From assembly GCA_964443345.1 (NCBI GenBank), contig CAYUCU010000003.1, forward strand, positions 5,413 to 69,412: a stretch of DNA of 64,000 nucleotides, given 5' to 3'. A model generated the notes under the pieces. It was not told where the DNA came from. It made no database searches and worked only from the letters and a program-made list of their open reading frames with translations. Positions 37,932-46,981 of the stretch are shown here, one piece after another; the stretch's first letter is position 1; each line of letters opens with the position of its first letter. Origin of the DNA: an uncultured Chitinophaga sp. (GTDB taxonomy: Bacteria; Bacteroidota; Bacteroidia; Chitinophagales; Chitinophagaceae). Made by a program: the position numbers and the translations under genes.

Positions 37932-38123
37932 GCACACGGATGACACGGGTTGGACAGATGAACACGGATCAATCCTGCTTCGCAGCATTTACGGATAGGT
38001 TCAATCGCCTCTTTGCGGATTTTGCACTTAGACTATCCTATTTATAGTGCTACGCACTATAAAAAATCTGTGTTCATCCCTGTCTGCCGACAGGCAGGCG
38101 TCCAACCCGTGTCATCCGTGTGC
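37932..38123. repeat. MITE/REP-like element with long terminal inverted repeats and a nested 20-bp REP
   Basis: Perfect 24-bp arms at 37932-37955 / 38100-38123. CCTGTCTGCCGACAGGCAGG at 38079-38098. Internal hairpin TTTATAGTGC-TAC-GCACTATAAA at 38041-38063. Confidence 0.8.
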
Positions 38124-38215
38124 TAAAAAATTAAATAACCAAGAGATGTGTACACCTATCAGGATAAATAGACCAGGCTATCCACACATAGCCCTGACTG
38201 ATTGAAATAGTGTCT

Positions 38216-40636
38216 TTATTCAATGATCCGCAGCTTCGCATAGTTCAGCATGATCTTCTTTTCACCGTTGTGCTCAAACTTTACTGTGGCAATTGGATTG
38301 TGTGCGGCGCCTTCCATTTTTAATACTTCGCCAAAACCAAATTTCTGGTGCTCCACTTTTTGTCCTTCTTTTAAACTGGATGTGTCGCTGGCCTCAAAGT
38401 CAGCCGAAGGCACATGCTCTTTTATTTTTCCGGGTACGCCTTTCGGTGGCAGGTAAGAGGGTGTGGATGATTTAGCAGCCGGCGGACCGGAGTTATAATA
38501 AGTGCCGGATTGTTGCCGTGCAGAACCAGACTCTCCATCATCTACATTTTTTGCCCGCATCCGTTCAAAAGCAGAGCCTTTGCTCCACTTGCTGCCGCCC
38601 ACCTGGTTCTTGGCACCACCACCGGCAAAGCTTCTGTCCATGTGTTGCTCCGGAATTTCTTCTATAAACCGGCTGGGTTCATTTTGCACCAGCTGGCCAA
38701 AGCGGTACCGTGTATTGGCATAAGTGATCCAGAGCCGTTGCTTGGCCCGGGTGATCACCACATAAAACAAGCGGCGCTCTTCTTCCAGTTCTTCCCTTGT
38801 ATTGATTGACATTGCGTTGGGAAAAAGCATTTCTTCAAGGCCTGCTGCAAACACACAACTAAACTCCAGGCCCTTGGCCGCATGTATCGTCATCAGTTTT
38901 ACAGTATCTGCATCGGGATCTTTTTCATCTGCATCCGTTAGTAAGGTGATCTGTTGTAAATAGGAAGCAAGACCCGGCCCCCCACCTCCCGAAGGAGGAG
39001 TATCAGAACCCTCAACCACTACTCCGTCTTCATCAATCAAAGAACGGTTTGCAGTATCATCCACCCATTCTTTTATTGAGTTGAGTAATTCCTGTATGTT
39101 CTCATAGCGCTGCACCCCTTCGGTGCTTTTATCATTGAACAGTTCTTTTACCAGGTTCGTTTGTTTACCCACATGAAAGGCCACTTCGTAGGCATTCTGT
39201 TTGGTAAGCATGCTGGAAAAACTTTTTATCATTGTTACAAAGTCTTCCAGTGCGGTGAAGGTGCCCGCCCGGAAACCAAACTCATTGGCTTTTTCCAGAA
39301 CCTCCCACATGCTGATATTGTTTGTGTTGGCAGACAACACCAGCTTATCGATCGTTGTTTTGCCAATTCCTCTTGCGGGATAATTGATAATGCGCTTTAA
39401 CGCTTCTTCATCATTGGGGTTGACGATCAGCCGCAGGTAGGCTACAATATCTTTGATCTCCTTTCTTTGATAAAAACTGATGCCGCCGTAGATAGTATAA
39501 GCAATACCCATTTTGCGCATCGCTTCCTCAAAGGCACGGCTTTGTGCATTGGTGCGGTAAAGGATAGCAAAATCCCTGTTGCTGTAATGGTTGCGTAGTT
39601 TTTGTTCCTGTATGCTGTCGGCCACAAATTTTCCTTCTTCGTTGTCCGTCATCGTCCGCACCAGCTTTATCTTTTCGCCTTCGTCATTTTCTGTAAACAA
39701 CACTTTCTCTATCTGGCCTTTATTGTTTTTTATCACTTCATTGGCCACATTCAAAATGCTTTTGGTGCTGCGGTAGTTCTGTTCCAGCTTCACCAGCTTT
39801 ACATCATCATAATCTTTCTGGAATTGCAGTATATTTTCAATCGTAGCCCCGCGGAAACTGTAAATGCTCTGTGCATCATCTCCCACCACGCATACATTCT
39901 CATGCATGGCGCCCAGCAGTTTGATGATCTCGTACTGTGCCGGGTTAGTATCCTGGTACTCGTCTATTAAAATGTATTTGAATTTGCGCTGGTATTTGGC
40001 CAGTGCTTCGGGAATATTTTTAAGCAGCTCATAGAATTTCAGCAACAGGTCATCAAAATCCATAGCGCCGTTCTTAAAACATCTTTTTACATACGCTTCA
40101 TATATCTGGCCGATAGCAGGCCGGTTGCTCCGCATATCTTCCTGTTGCAGTCCGTAGTCATTCTTATATTCCGCAGGGCCAACTAATGCATTTTTTGCAG
40201 AAGATATCCGGTTGTAAACAATATTGGGTTTGTAATGTTTGTCATCCAGGTCCATTTCGTTGATGACGGTCTTTACCACACTCTTGGCATCATCCGTATC
40301 ATAAATAGTGAAGCTTTTGGGATAGCCGATCTTATCTGCTTCAAAACGAAGTATCCGTGCAAACACAGAGTGAAAGGTGCCGATGTACAAATTCCGGGCT
40401 TCACCATTGCCCAATATCTTTTCCACCCGTTCCTTCATCTCTTTAGCGGCCTTGTTGGTAAATGTGAGTGCCAGTATATTAAAGGCATCCACGCCATTGG
40501 CCATCAGGTGGATGATACGGGTGGTGAGCACTTTTGTTTTTCCGCTGCCGGCCCCGGCCACTATCATTATCGGCCCGTCTTTATGTAGTACGGCTTCTTT
40601 CTGCCGCTCATTTAATCCCTGCAAATAGTCGATCAT
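38216..40636 (-). CDS. uvrD: ATP-dependent DNA helicase UvrD/PcrA
   Basis: AGAGSGKT, DEYQD, VGDDAQSIYSFRGA, NYRST, TIHAAKGLEF, EEERRLFYV, C-terminal Tudor-like domain. Confidence 0.95.
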   Translation of the reverse strand: MIDYLQGLNERQKEAVLHKDGPIMIVAGAGSGKTKVLTTRIIHLMANGVDAFNILALTFTNKAAKEMKERVEKILGNGEARNLYIGTFHSVFARILRFEADKIGYPKSFTIYDTDDAKSVVKTVINEMDLDDKHYKPNIVYNRISSAKNALVGPAEYKNDYGLQQEDMRSNRPAIGQIYEAYVKRCFKNGAMDFDDLLLKFYELLKNIPEALAKYQRKFKYILIDEYQDTNPAQYEIIKLLGAMHENVCVVGDDAQSIYSFRGATIENILQFQKDYDDVKLVKLEQNYRSTKSILNVANEVIKNNKGQIEKVLFTENDEGEKIKLVRTMTDNEEGKFVADSIQEQKLRNHYSNRDFAILYRTNAQSRAFEEAMRKMGIAYTIYGGISFYQRKEIKDIVAYLRLIVNPNDEEALKRIINYPARGIGKTTIDKLVLSANTNNISMWEVLEKANEFGFRAGTFTALEDFVTMIKSFSSMLTKQNAYEVAFHVGKQTNLVKELFNDKSTEGVQRYENIQELLNSIKEWVDDTANRSLIDEDGVVVEGSDTPPSGGGGPGLASYLQQITLLTDADEKDPDADTVKLMTIHAAKGLEFSCVFAAGLEEMLFPNAMSINTREELEEERRLFYVVITRAKQRLWITYANTRYRFGQLVQNEPSRFIEEIPEQHMDRSFAGGGAKNQVGGSKWSKGSAFERMRAKNVDDGESGSARQQSGTYYNSGPPAAKSSTPSYLPPKGVPGKIKEHVPSADFEASDTSSLKEGQKVEHQKFGFGEVLKMEGAAHNPIATVKFEHNGEKKIMLNYAKLRIIE

Positions 40637-40688
40637 GGCTGCAAGTTACGAAGGGCGCAGAGAAGAAAAATGTTTACTATTTAATGTA

Positions 40689-41852
40689 TCAAAAAGGTTT
40701 TCCGTGGGTCTTTCGAATCAGCCAATTAACCAGCCGCGGAAAAGGCCTGATGCAGGTAATAAACAAATTCGTCAGCAGGGGATTGCCAAATAAGCGTTGT
40801 ATCCTTCGTCCCATCTTTAAGCGGCCGGCAAATTTCCGTTGCCATTGAAGCGTATATCTTTTCTCCATTTTCTCCCGGGTTGTTTTTCCCTGCAAAAAAT
40901 GGTGGATATGCACAGCCGCCAGTTTGCTGCCATGCAGCGCCATGCTCATCCCGTTTCCGCATAGCGGCGTTATCATACCAGCTGCATCACCTATCATTAG
41001 CACATGGTTCTCTACCTGCGATTTTTTATCAAAGCTTATTTGTGAAATGGTAAGCGGCGCTGCCGGTTTGTTTGCTTCAGCAAAGATCTTTTTCAAATGA
41101 GGGTTACGGCTTAAGATGGTTTGTTCCATTATTGCAATATCACCATTGCTTTTCTGCAAGTTACCGGCGGTGGTTAAGTAACAAAGATTATACTCGTCGC
41201 CTTCTATTTTTACAATACCGCAATACCCGTCCTTAAAATTGTGCAATGCAATAGTGTCCGTTGCAAAAGCTCCTTTGATATGATACTTTACGCCAATATA
41301 GTTATTCAACTTGTTTTTGGCAGCCATACTGAATGGCCGTTTCCATTTTATATCAATATTGCTGCGCTTGCCATAGGTGCCGCATACCAGTTTGGCAGTG
41401 TATGCCTGTTCAGCCGTATCAATGGTGAATTCATCTGCTGAAAACCGTACATCATTCACTTTAGTATTCTCTTTCAATATCACTCCGGCCTCCCTCGCCA
41501 ATTGCGCCAATGTATCATCTAATTTATACCGGCTGATGCCAAAGCCTCCAAGCGGCATATGCTGCTGCAATAATTTGCCTTTCACTGATGATACCTCCAA
41601 TTGTGTAATGATCGGCACGTGCATTCCATCCAGGTCCACACCAAGATCATTTAGAAAATCCCATGCCTCCAGGCTGATGTATTCGCCACATACTTTATGA
41701 AATGGGTATTGCTCTTTTTCAAAAAGAATGATGCGGTGACCCAGTCTTGCTAACTGAACAGATAATGAAAGTCCTGCCAGGCCGCCACCCACAATGGCTA
41801 CATCATATTGTTTGTCCTTGTTCAACAAAAACTTATTAAATGCCCGAAGCAA
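40689..41852 (-). CDS. FAD-dependent oxidoreductase (geranylgeranyl reductase / halogenase-like)
   Basis: DVAIVGGGLAG, HKVCGEYIS, IGDAAGMITPLCGNGMSMA. Confidence 0.88.
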   Translation of the reverse strand: MLRAFNKFLLNKDKQYDVAIVGGGLAGLSLSVQLARLGHRIILFEKEQYPFHKVCGEYISLEAWDFLNDLGVDLDGMHVPIITQLEVSSVKGKLLQQHMPLGGFGISRYKLDDTLAQLAREAGVILKENTKVNDVRFSADEFTIDTAEQAYTAKLVCGTYGKRSNIDIKWKRPFSMAAKNKLNNYIGVKYHIKGAFATDTIALHNFKDGYCGIVKIEGDEYNLCYLTTAGNLQKSNGDIAIMEQTILSRNPHLKKIFAEANKPAAPLTISQISFDKKSQVENHVLMIGDAAGMITPLCGNGMSMALHGSKLAAVHIHHFLQGKTTREKMEKRYTLQWQRKFAGRLKMGRRIQRLFGNPLLTNLFITCIRPFPRLVNWLIRKTHGKPF

Positions 41853-42531
41853 CTAACCATCGGAAAGCCCATTTCCAGGTTATGCTATGTTTTTCAATGC
41901 CCGCCTGTGCCAATAGTTGCTGCCAGTCTTTCTTTTTAAAGCTTCTTGCCACAGAAAGGCAGGCATCATTTTTAACAAGGTAAGATTTACTGAAAAATTT
42001 CGTGATGTATTTTATAAGATAGTAAGCCAGCCAATGCCGGTGCAGGTCGTTGATAAAAAAACCCCTTCGGCTGTTTTGTTGCAGCCATTGCAGCATGGGC
42101 ACCAGTTGTTCATTGGTAAAATGATGGCAAAACAGGGAAGAGAAAATAATATCGGGTTGGCTTTCCCCAAATTGAACAACCGCATAATCACTGCATATCC
42201 ACTGGCAGGGAAGCTGCGGGTATTGCTGTTTGGCAAATGCGATACACTCCGCATTCATATCTATTCCGATAAAGCTAACGGGGATTTGATGCCTGGTGCA
42301 ATATTTATGAATAGCAAAAAGATTGTCGCCACCGCCGCAGCCGATCTCACAAACAGTGACCGGCTCTTTACTGATCAGTAATTGTTTCAGGCCTTTTATT
42401 GTAATGGCATGTCCCCCAAGCCTTGTGTTGATGATATTCAATTCCTTTAAGGTTTGCGCCATCGCATCAAACGAAATAGCATCTCCATCCATTAATTCTT
42501 TTTGGTAACTGCGGTGCAGGAGGTTTATCAT
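41836..42531 (-). CDS. Class I SAM-dependent methyltransferase
   Basis: CEIGCGGGD, FIGIDMN, FSSLFCHHF, FINDLHR. Confidence 0.88.
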   Translation of the reverse strand: MINLLHRSYQKELMDGDAISFDAMAQTLKELNIINTRLGGHAITIKGLKQLLISKEPVTVCEIGCGGGDNLFAIHKYCTRHQIPVSFIGIDMNAECIAFAKQQYPQLPCQWICSDYAVVQFGESQPDIIFSSLFCHHFTNEQLVPMLQWLQQNSRRGFFINDLHRHWLAYYLIKYITKFFSKSYLVKNDACLSVARSFKKKDWQQLLAQAGIEKHSITWKWAFRWLVASGI

Positions 42532-43610
42532 GAAGACAAAATAAGCGTTTCCATTGTTAATCCCGGGCCAAAAGCCGCCCCAAAGATCTTATTTGGCTGC
42601 TGGTTGTTCAAGTCCTTCATGATCTTCTCCAGCACAAATAATACGGTAGGTGAGGACATATTACCATATTCTTTCAGCACATCATAACAGGGCTGCAATT
42701 GTCCGTTGGTAAAGCCCAGGCTGCTGTGTACTGATTCCAGTATCTTTTTCCCCCCGGGATGTATGCACCAGTGGCTGATGTTTTCCTTACTAAGATTCGC
42801 TGCTGTTAATGCATTTTGTACCAGCTCTTCAAAATTCTCTTCTATCATTTCTGCTACATAGCTGCTGAGTGTCATCAAAAAACCGGTGGAAGAAAGTTCC
42901 CAGGCCATATCCGGTTTCCCTTTTAAAGCAACGGTGGAATAAAAATTATCAATTTGTAATCCCTGCTGCTCATTATCCCCGCTTACCAATACAGCCGCTG
43001 CCCCATCTGAAAATAGCATGCTGCTGGTGATATTGTCTGTGGTATTTTCTTTTTGAAAATGAAGGGTGCACAATTCTGTGCAAACGATCAGTACGTTAGC
43101 CTTTTTATCTGCTTTACAAAAAGCATCTGCTATTTTCAATGCATGAATAGCAGCATAGCAACCCATAAAGTTTACCGAGGTGCGAAATGTAGTGGCCGGC
43201 AATTGTAATAATTCGAGTAATTCTAAATCAAGGCCCGGTGCACTCATACCGGTGCAGCTTACGGTGATCAGGTGCGTAATCTCATTTTCGGGAAATTTTT
43301 CCACACATTTTTGGATGGCTTGCAGGGATAGTGGCGCTGCTTCTTTCTGAAACCATTTCATCCGTTGTTCCAGGTTGGGAAAAGGTTCCAGGTTTTCAGA
43401 GGGGCTGTAAAATTGCCATTCGCCGGCAAAGAGACTATAATCCGGGATCACCGAATAGCGGGTCTCAATGCCTCCCTGTTTATATAAGAATCTTAATTTT
43501 CTTTTATCTGCCTCATTTAGTGCATAGACCCGCTGCATAAAATCCAGGATATCTTCCTGTTTATGCTTGTAAGCCGGAACGGCAGTTCCTATTGATAGTA
43601 TTTTACTCAA
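42528..43610 (-). CDS. Type III polyketide synthase
   Basis: Cys-His-Asn triad in FMGCYAA, HPGG and GNMSS. AFGPGLT. TTG start overlaps the UbiA stop. Confidence 0.93.
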   Translation of the reverse strand: MSKILSIGTAVPAYKHKQEDILDFMQRVYALNEADKRKLRFLYKQGGIETRYSVIPDYSLFAGEWQFYSPSENLEPFPNLEQRMKWFQKEAAPLSLQAIQKCVEKFPENEITHLITVSCTGMSAPGLDLELLELLQLPATTFRTSVNFMGCYAAIHALKIADAFCKADKKANVLIVCTELCTLHFQKENTTDNITSSMLFSDGAAAVLVSGDNEQQGLQIDNFYSTVALKGKPDMAWELSSTGFLMTLSSYVAEMIEENFEELVQNALTAANLSKENISHWCIHPGGKKILESVHSSLGFTNGQLQPCYDVLKEYGNMSSPTVLFVLEKIMKDLNNQQPNKIFGAAFGPGLTMETLILSS

Positions 43611-44466
43611 AAAACCTCCAGGTTAATAAAATAATGAATGCGATGTTGGTACAGATAGCTGCCAGCCAGTTCATTTTCATGGTGTTCTTAAAATTGGCCT
43701 CCAGCACATCTTTTCTCACCTTCCAGAACCACTGTATGAAATAAACGATGATTGGCACGAAAAAGATGCTAACGACCAATAATTTACCCGTTTCACCCTT
43801 ATTGATAAAAAATTGTGCCATGAATACCCAGGCCAATGCATAAATGATTGCACAAAAAACAAACGTACCGGTATAGCCCAGTTTATAACTGATGGTCTTT
43901 ACGCCGTCGGCCAGGTCCTGCTGGTGCTGGTAGATCTGTGTAAGCGGGTAAAAGCCACCGATGAGTAAGGCACAGATCGCCATTCCCTGCCAGGGTATGA
44001 AAAAGCGGGTGTCTATATTACTTCCATAATACACCAGGCCGAATGTAAGTGCGCCCTGGAAAATAATTACGGTGAGGTAACCGATAACGGGGAATTTTTT
44101 TAACCTGATGCCCCTGTAACTATAGGCTTTGGAAGCGCCAATATATAACAGCATAAACACCGGTATGAACGGATGAATCAATGCACTCAGCAAGATCGCT
44201 GTAATATCCAATACAATTGTAAGCAAATAAAGTTGACGGGAGGGCGGTGGTGGTTGTTCAATGCCGCCGATGCTTTCCGTATCCCGGTCCATATAACTAT
44301 TGTATCCGTTACTGGCAGGATAAATTAAAAAATGAAGGATAACAAATAGCAGCGCTGCCTTCCACCAATTGATATTTGGCACTTGTGACAAAGCAAAAAA
44401 ATATAACGGAGATAAAAAGATCGAAAACGGTATCCGCAACAACTTAATGGTTGATGATGAAAGCAT
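43603..44466 (-). CDS. UbiA family prenyltransferase
   Basis: NGYNSYMDRDTE and QHQQDLADGVKT Asp-rich motifs, multiple TM helices. Confidence 0.88.
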   Translation of the reverse strand: MLSSSTIKLLRIPFSIFLSPLYFFALSQVPNINWWKAALLFVILHFLIYPASNGYNSYMDRDTESIGGIEQPPPPSRQLYLLTIVLDITAILLSALIHPFIPVFMLLYIGASKAYSYRGIRLKKFPVIGYLTVIIFQGALTFGLVYYGSNIDTRFFIPWQGMAICALLIGGFYPLTQIYQHQQDLADGVKTISYKLGYTGTFVFCAIIYALAWVFMAQFFINKGETGKLLVVSIFFVPIIVYFIQWFWKVRKDVLEANFKNTMKMNWLAAICTNIAFIILLTWRFFE

Positions 44467-44522
44467 ACTGGTCACAATGTTACTCTAAGGTAACACTACA
44501 TAGCAGTATTCCTGCCAAAGGC

Positions 44523-46580
44523 TTACCGGATGATCAGCGCTGCAGGATGATACACTCTCTTCGCTGTCCGCAGCACTTCTTTTTTATCCAGTGTCATCGG
44601 TTTGGTCTGCTGGTTTTGAAACAGTGTCAGCTGGTCTTTAAAGTGTGGTGATTTAGGATTCATAGAAGCCCCAAAAGTATTCACCGTTTCAATTACTGGT
44701 AAGCCGCCATTTTTGGGGTATCGTATAAAACAGATATAGGCATCACCACCCGTTACTTTCCGCATACCATTTATATAGGGCTCAGAAAAAGAAGGTGTCA
44801 GCACATCCGGAAAACCCCAGGCTGGCCGGACATCATCGCCCCGTACTAGTTTTTGTATATCGCCCAGCACCAGATCTGTTTTTCCAAAATGTTTCATCAT
44901 ATAGTCATACACATACTGGTAGGTTTCCACCGCTTCAGCCCTGGTAACTTGTCTCGTAGGAACGCCTTTGAGCTTGTCGGCGAGATAATAGTAAGTAAGC
45001 AAAAAAACGGCTGCGCCTTTACTGGAAGCAACTGATCTTTTATCCCAGTTTTGAAACACGGTGATCACTTCTTTCAAAGCGGGATAGTCCGCCGCATTTA
45101 AATGGAGCATACTGTCTATACCATAAGTATATTTCAGTTCTTTGGGCAGTTGCTGGTCAAACTTGATTCGTTTGAATGTGTTGTAATCCACTTTATCTCC
45201 ATTGATCAATTCAGTGACCCGCTGACTGCGGTTGTTATGATACGTTTCATACCCGTCATTCTTGTCAAACTTTGTTTTATCAAGATTGTACTTTACATCG
45301 GTGGCTAAAAAAGGGGAGTGGTTGGTATTGAACAAATATCCTGAGGGAGGATTGATGTATTGTGGCAATTCCCCCACTGGTTTGAATTCGGTCCACAAGG
45401 TGGCAGAGGTATTCCCTGGCAGGGTGCTTTTCCAGTTATACGTTGGGTCAGGGTTTCTTCTCGGCATTTTTCCATTGCTGATATAAAAGATCGTATCATA
45501 CCGGTCAGCATACGTAATGTTGAACATTGGAAGGCTTGTCATGCTAAGCGCTTTGTAAAACTCTGTAAAGTTCCTCGCCTTATTCATCCGGTACCATTGT
45601 TCCAGGGCTTTGATGTCCATTGTGGCTGGCACCCGTAAAGAAAAAACACCTTTGTCGGTTTTTACAGTAGCTCCGTATTTGCTCCACCATATTTTTTTAC
45701 CAATAGTGATCGGAATGCCTTTTACTTTCAGTTTTGCCTTGTCTTCTTCCAGGTCCACCCATTGCCCGTCAAATTTGTATTGATCCTTATTTGCCGGGTT
45801 CATTTCCAATTGATACACATCTACCTTGTCCTGGTAGTTTACTGTATGGGCCCAGCCCAGATTTTCATTGGTACCATGAAAGATGAGGCAGCCTCCGGGA
45901 AACAAACCGCCGAGCATATTCCAGCCCTGCTCGCTTTGCAAATGTGCTTCGTAAAAAGCTACCGGACCTGTATTCGGCTGATGCGCATTCACTGCCAGGA
46001 AGGATTCTCCCGTAGTTGTTTTTGCAGCGTTCATCGCAAATGCATTGGAGCCATTGGGGTTAAACCCGGGAATAGTAGCCACTTTACCACCTACTATTTG
46101 CGGCAGTACCTGGTCCACACCACAAAAAAGGGCGGTTGAAAAAACCACGGCTGTCATGTAGTCTTTTTCATCAAAGGGAAAAGCCTGTTTGTATTTTACA
46201 TCAGCAGGGTAAGCGGCTGCATATGCATTTAATCCGGCCACATAGCCTTTTATTAATTCAATAAAATCAGGACTGAGTGTATGCCACTGCTCCTCCACTG
46301 TTTTCCGGATGCGCAGCAATTTGATCACATAATCTCCTTCTGCACCTTTTTTACCAAGGCCTGTTCCCAGTTTGGCCTTGCCGCTAAGCACCACCAGTTG
46401 CAGTGTTTCAAAATCATCTTCTGCATGTGCCCATGCAATACCGTATGCCACTTCGGGATCGGTAGGTGCAAAGATGTGCGGAATGCCAAAGCTGTCACGG
46501 GCAATGGTAATATTGGAAGGATTGATCTGTGCTGAGGCGTTCAGGGAAATAATAAGCAGGAGTATGGCAATTTTTTTCAT
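44523..46580 (-). CDS. Penicillin acylase family Ntn-hydrolase (PvdQ/QuiP-like)
   Basis: Signal peptide, RDSFGIPHI, GSNAF (Ser nucleophile), NAHQP, GWAHTVN. Confidence 0.92.
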   Translation of the reverse strand: MKKIAILLLIISLNASAQINPSNITIARDSFGIPHIFAPTDPEVAYGIAWAHAEDDFETLQLVVLSGKAKLGTGLGKKGAEGDYVIKLLRIRKTVEEQWHTLSPDFIELIKGYVAGLNAYAAAYPADVKYKQAFPFDEKDYMTAVVFSTALFCGVDQVLPQIVGGKVATIPGFNPNGSNAFAMNAAKTTTGESFLAVNAHQPNTGPVAFYEAHLQSEQGWNMLGGLFPGGCLIFHGTNENLGWAHTVNYQDKVDVYQLEMNPANKDQYKFDGQWVDLEEDKAKLKVKGIPITIGKKIWWSKYGATVKTDKGVFSLRVPATMDIKALEQWYRMNKARNFTEFYKALSMTSLPMFNITYADRYDTIFYISNGKMPRRNPDPTYNWKSTLPGNTSATLWTEFKPVGELPQYINPPSGYLFNTNHSPFLATDVKYNLDKTKFDKNDGYETYHNNRSQRVTELINGDKVDYNTFKRIKFDQQLPKELKYTYGIDSMLHLNAADYPALKEVITVFQNWDKRSVASSKGAAVFLLTYYYLADKLKGVPTRQVTRAEAVETYQYVYDYMMKHFGKTDLVLGDIQKLVRGDDVRPAWGFPDVLTPSFSEPYINGMRKVTGGDAYICFIRYPKNGGLPVIETVNTFGASMNPKSPHFKDQLTLFQNQQTKPMTLDKKEVLRTAKRVYHPAALIIR

Positions 46581-46670
46581 TCTGAAATTTAAAGAAAAAT
46601 CAAATGCTTTAATTTGTTTATTTTGCCAAGCAGGTAATCCGTATTAACAGTACTACTAATAAACAACACT

Positions 46671-46964
46671 ATGGAAAAGCAAGATGCAATTAAAGTATTT
46701 GAGAATAAAAAAGTCAGAACCCTCTGGGATGAAGATCAGGAAAAATGGTATTTTTCAATTGTTGATGTAATTGAAGTACTCACAGAAAGTCCAAATGCCA
46801 GAAAGTATTGGAGTGTATTGAAAATGAGGTTAAAAAAGGAAGGAAGCCAGTTGGCTACAAATTGTAGTCAACTGAAAATGCAATCTGCTGATGGCAAATT
46901 TTATAAAACCGATGTTGCTGATACAGAGCAGCTTTTCCGCCTTATCCAATCACTCGCCGCCTAA
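46671..46964 (+). pseudogene. Truncated Bro-N domain (phage antirepressor-like) gene
   Basis: 97 aa, WYFSIVDVIEVLTES...YWSVLK.RLKKEG...DGKFYKTDVAD. Ends LIQSLAA* where I recall homologs continuing IQSIPSPKAEPFK. Confidence 0.7.
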
Positions 46965-46981
46965 GTCTAAACTATTTATCA

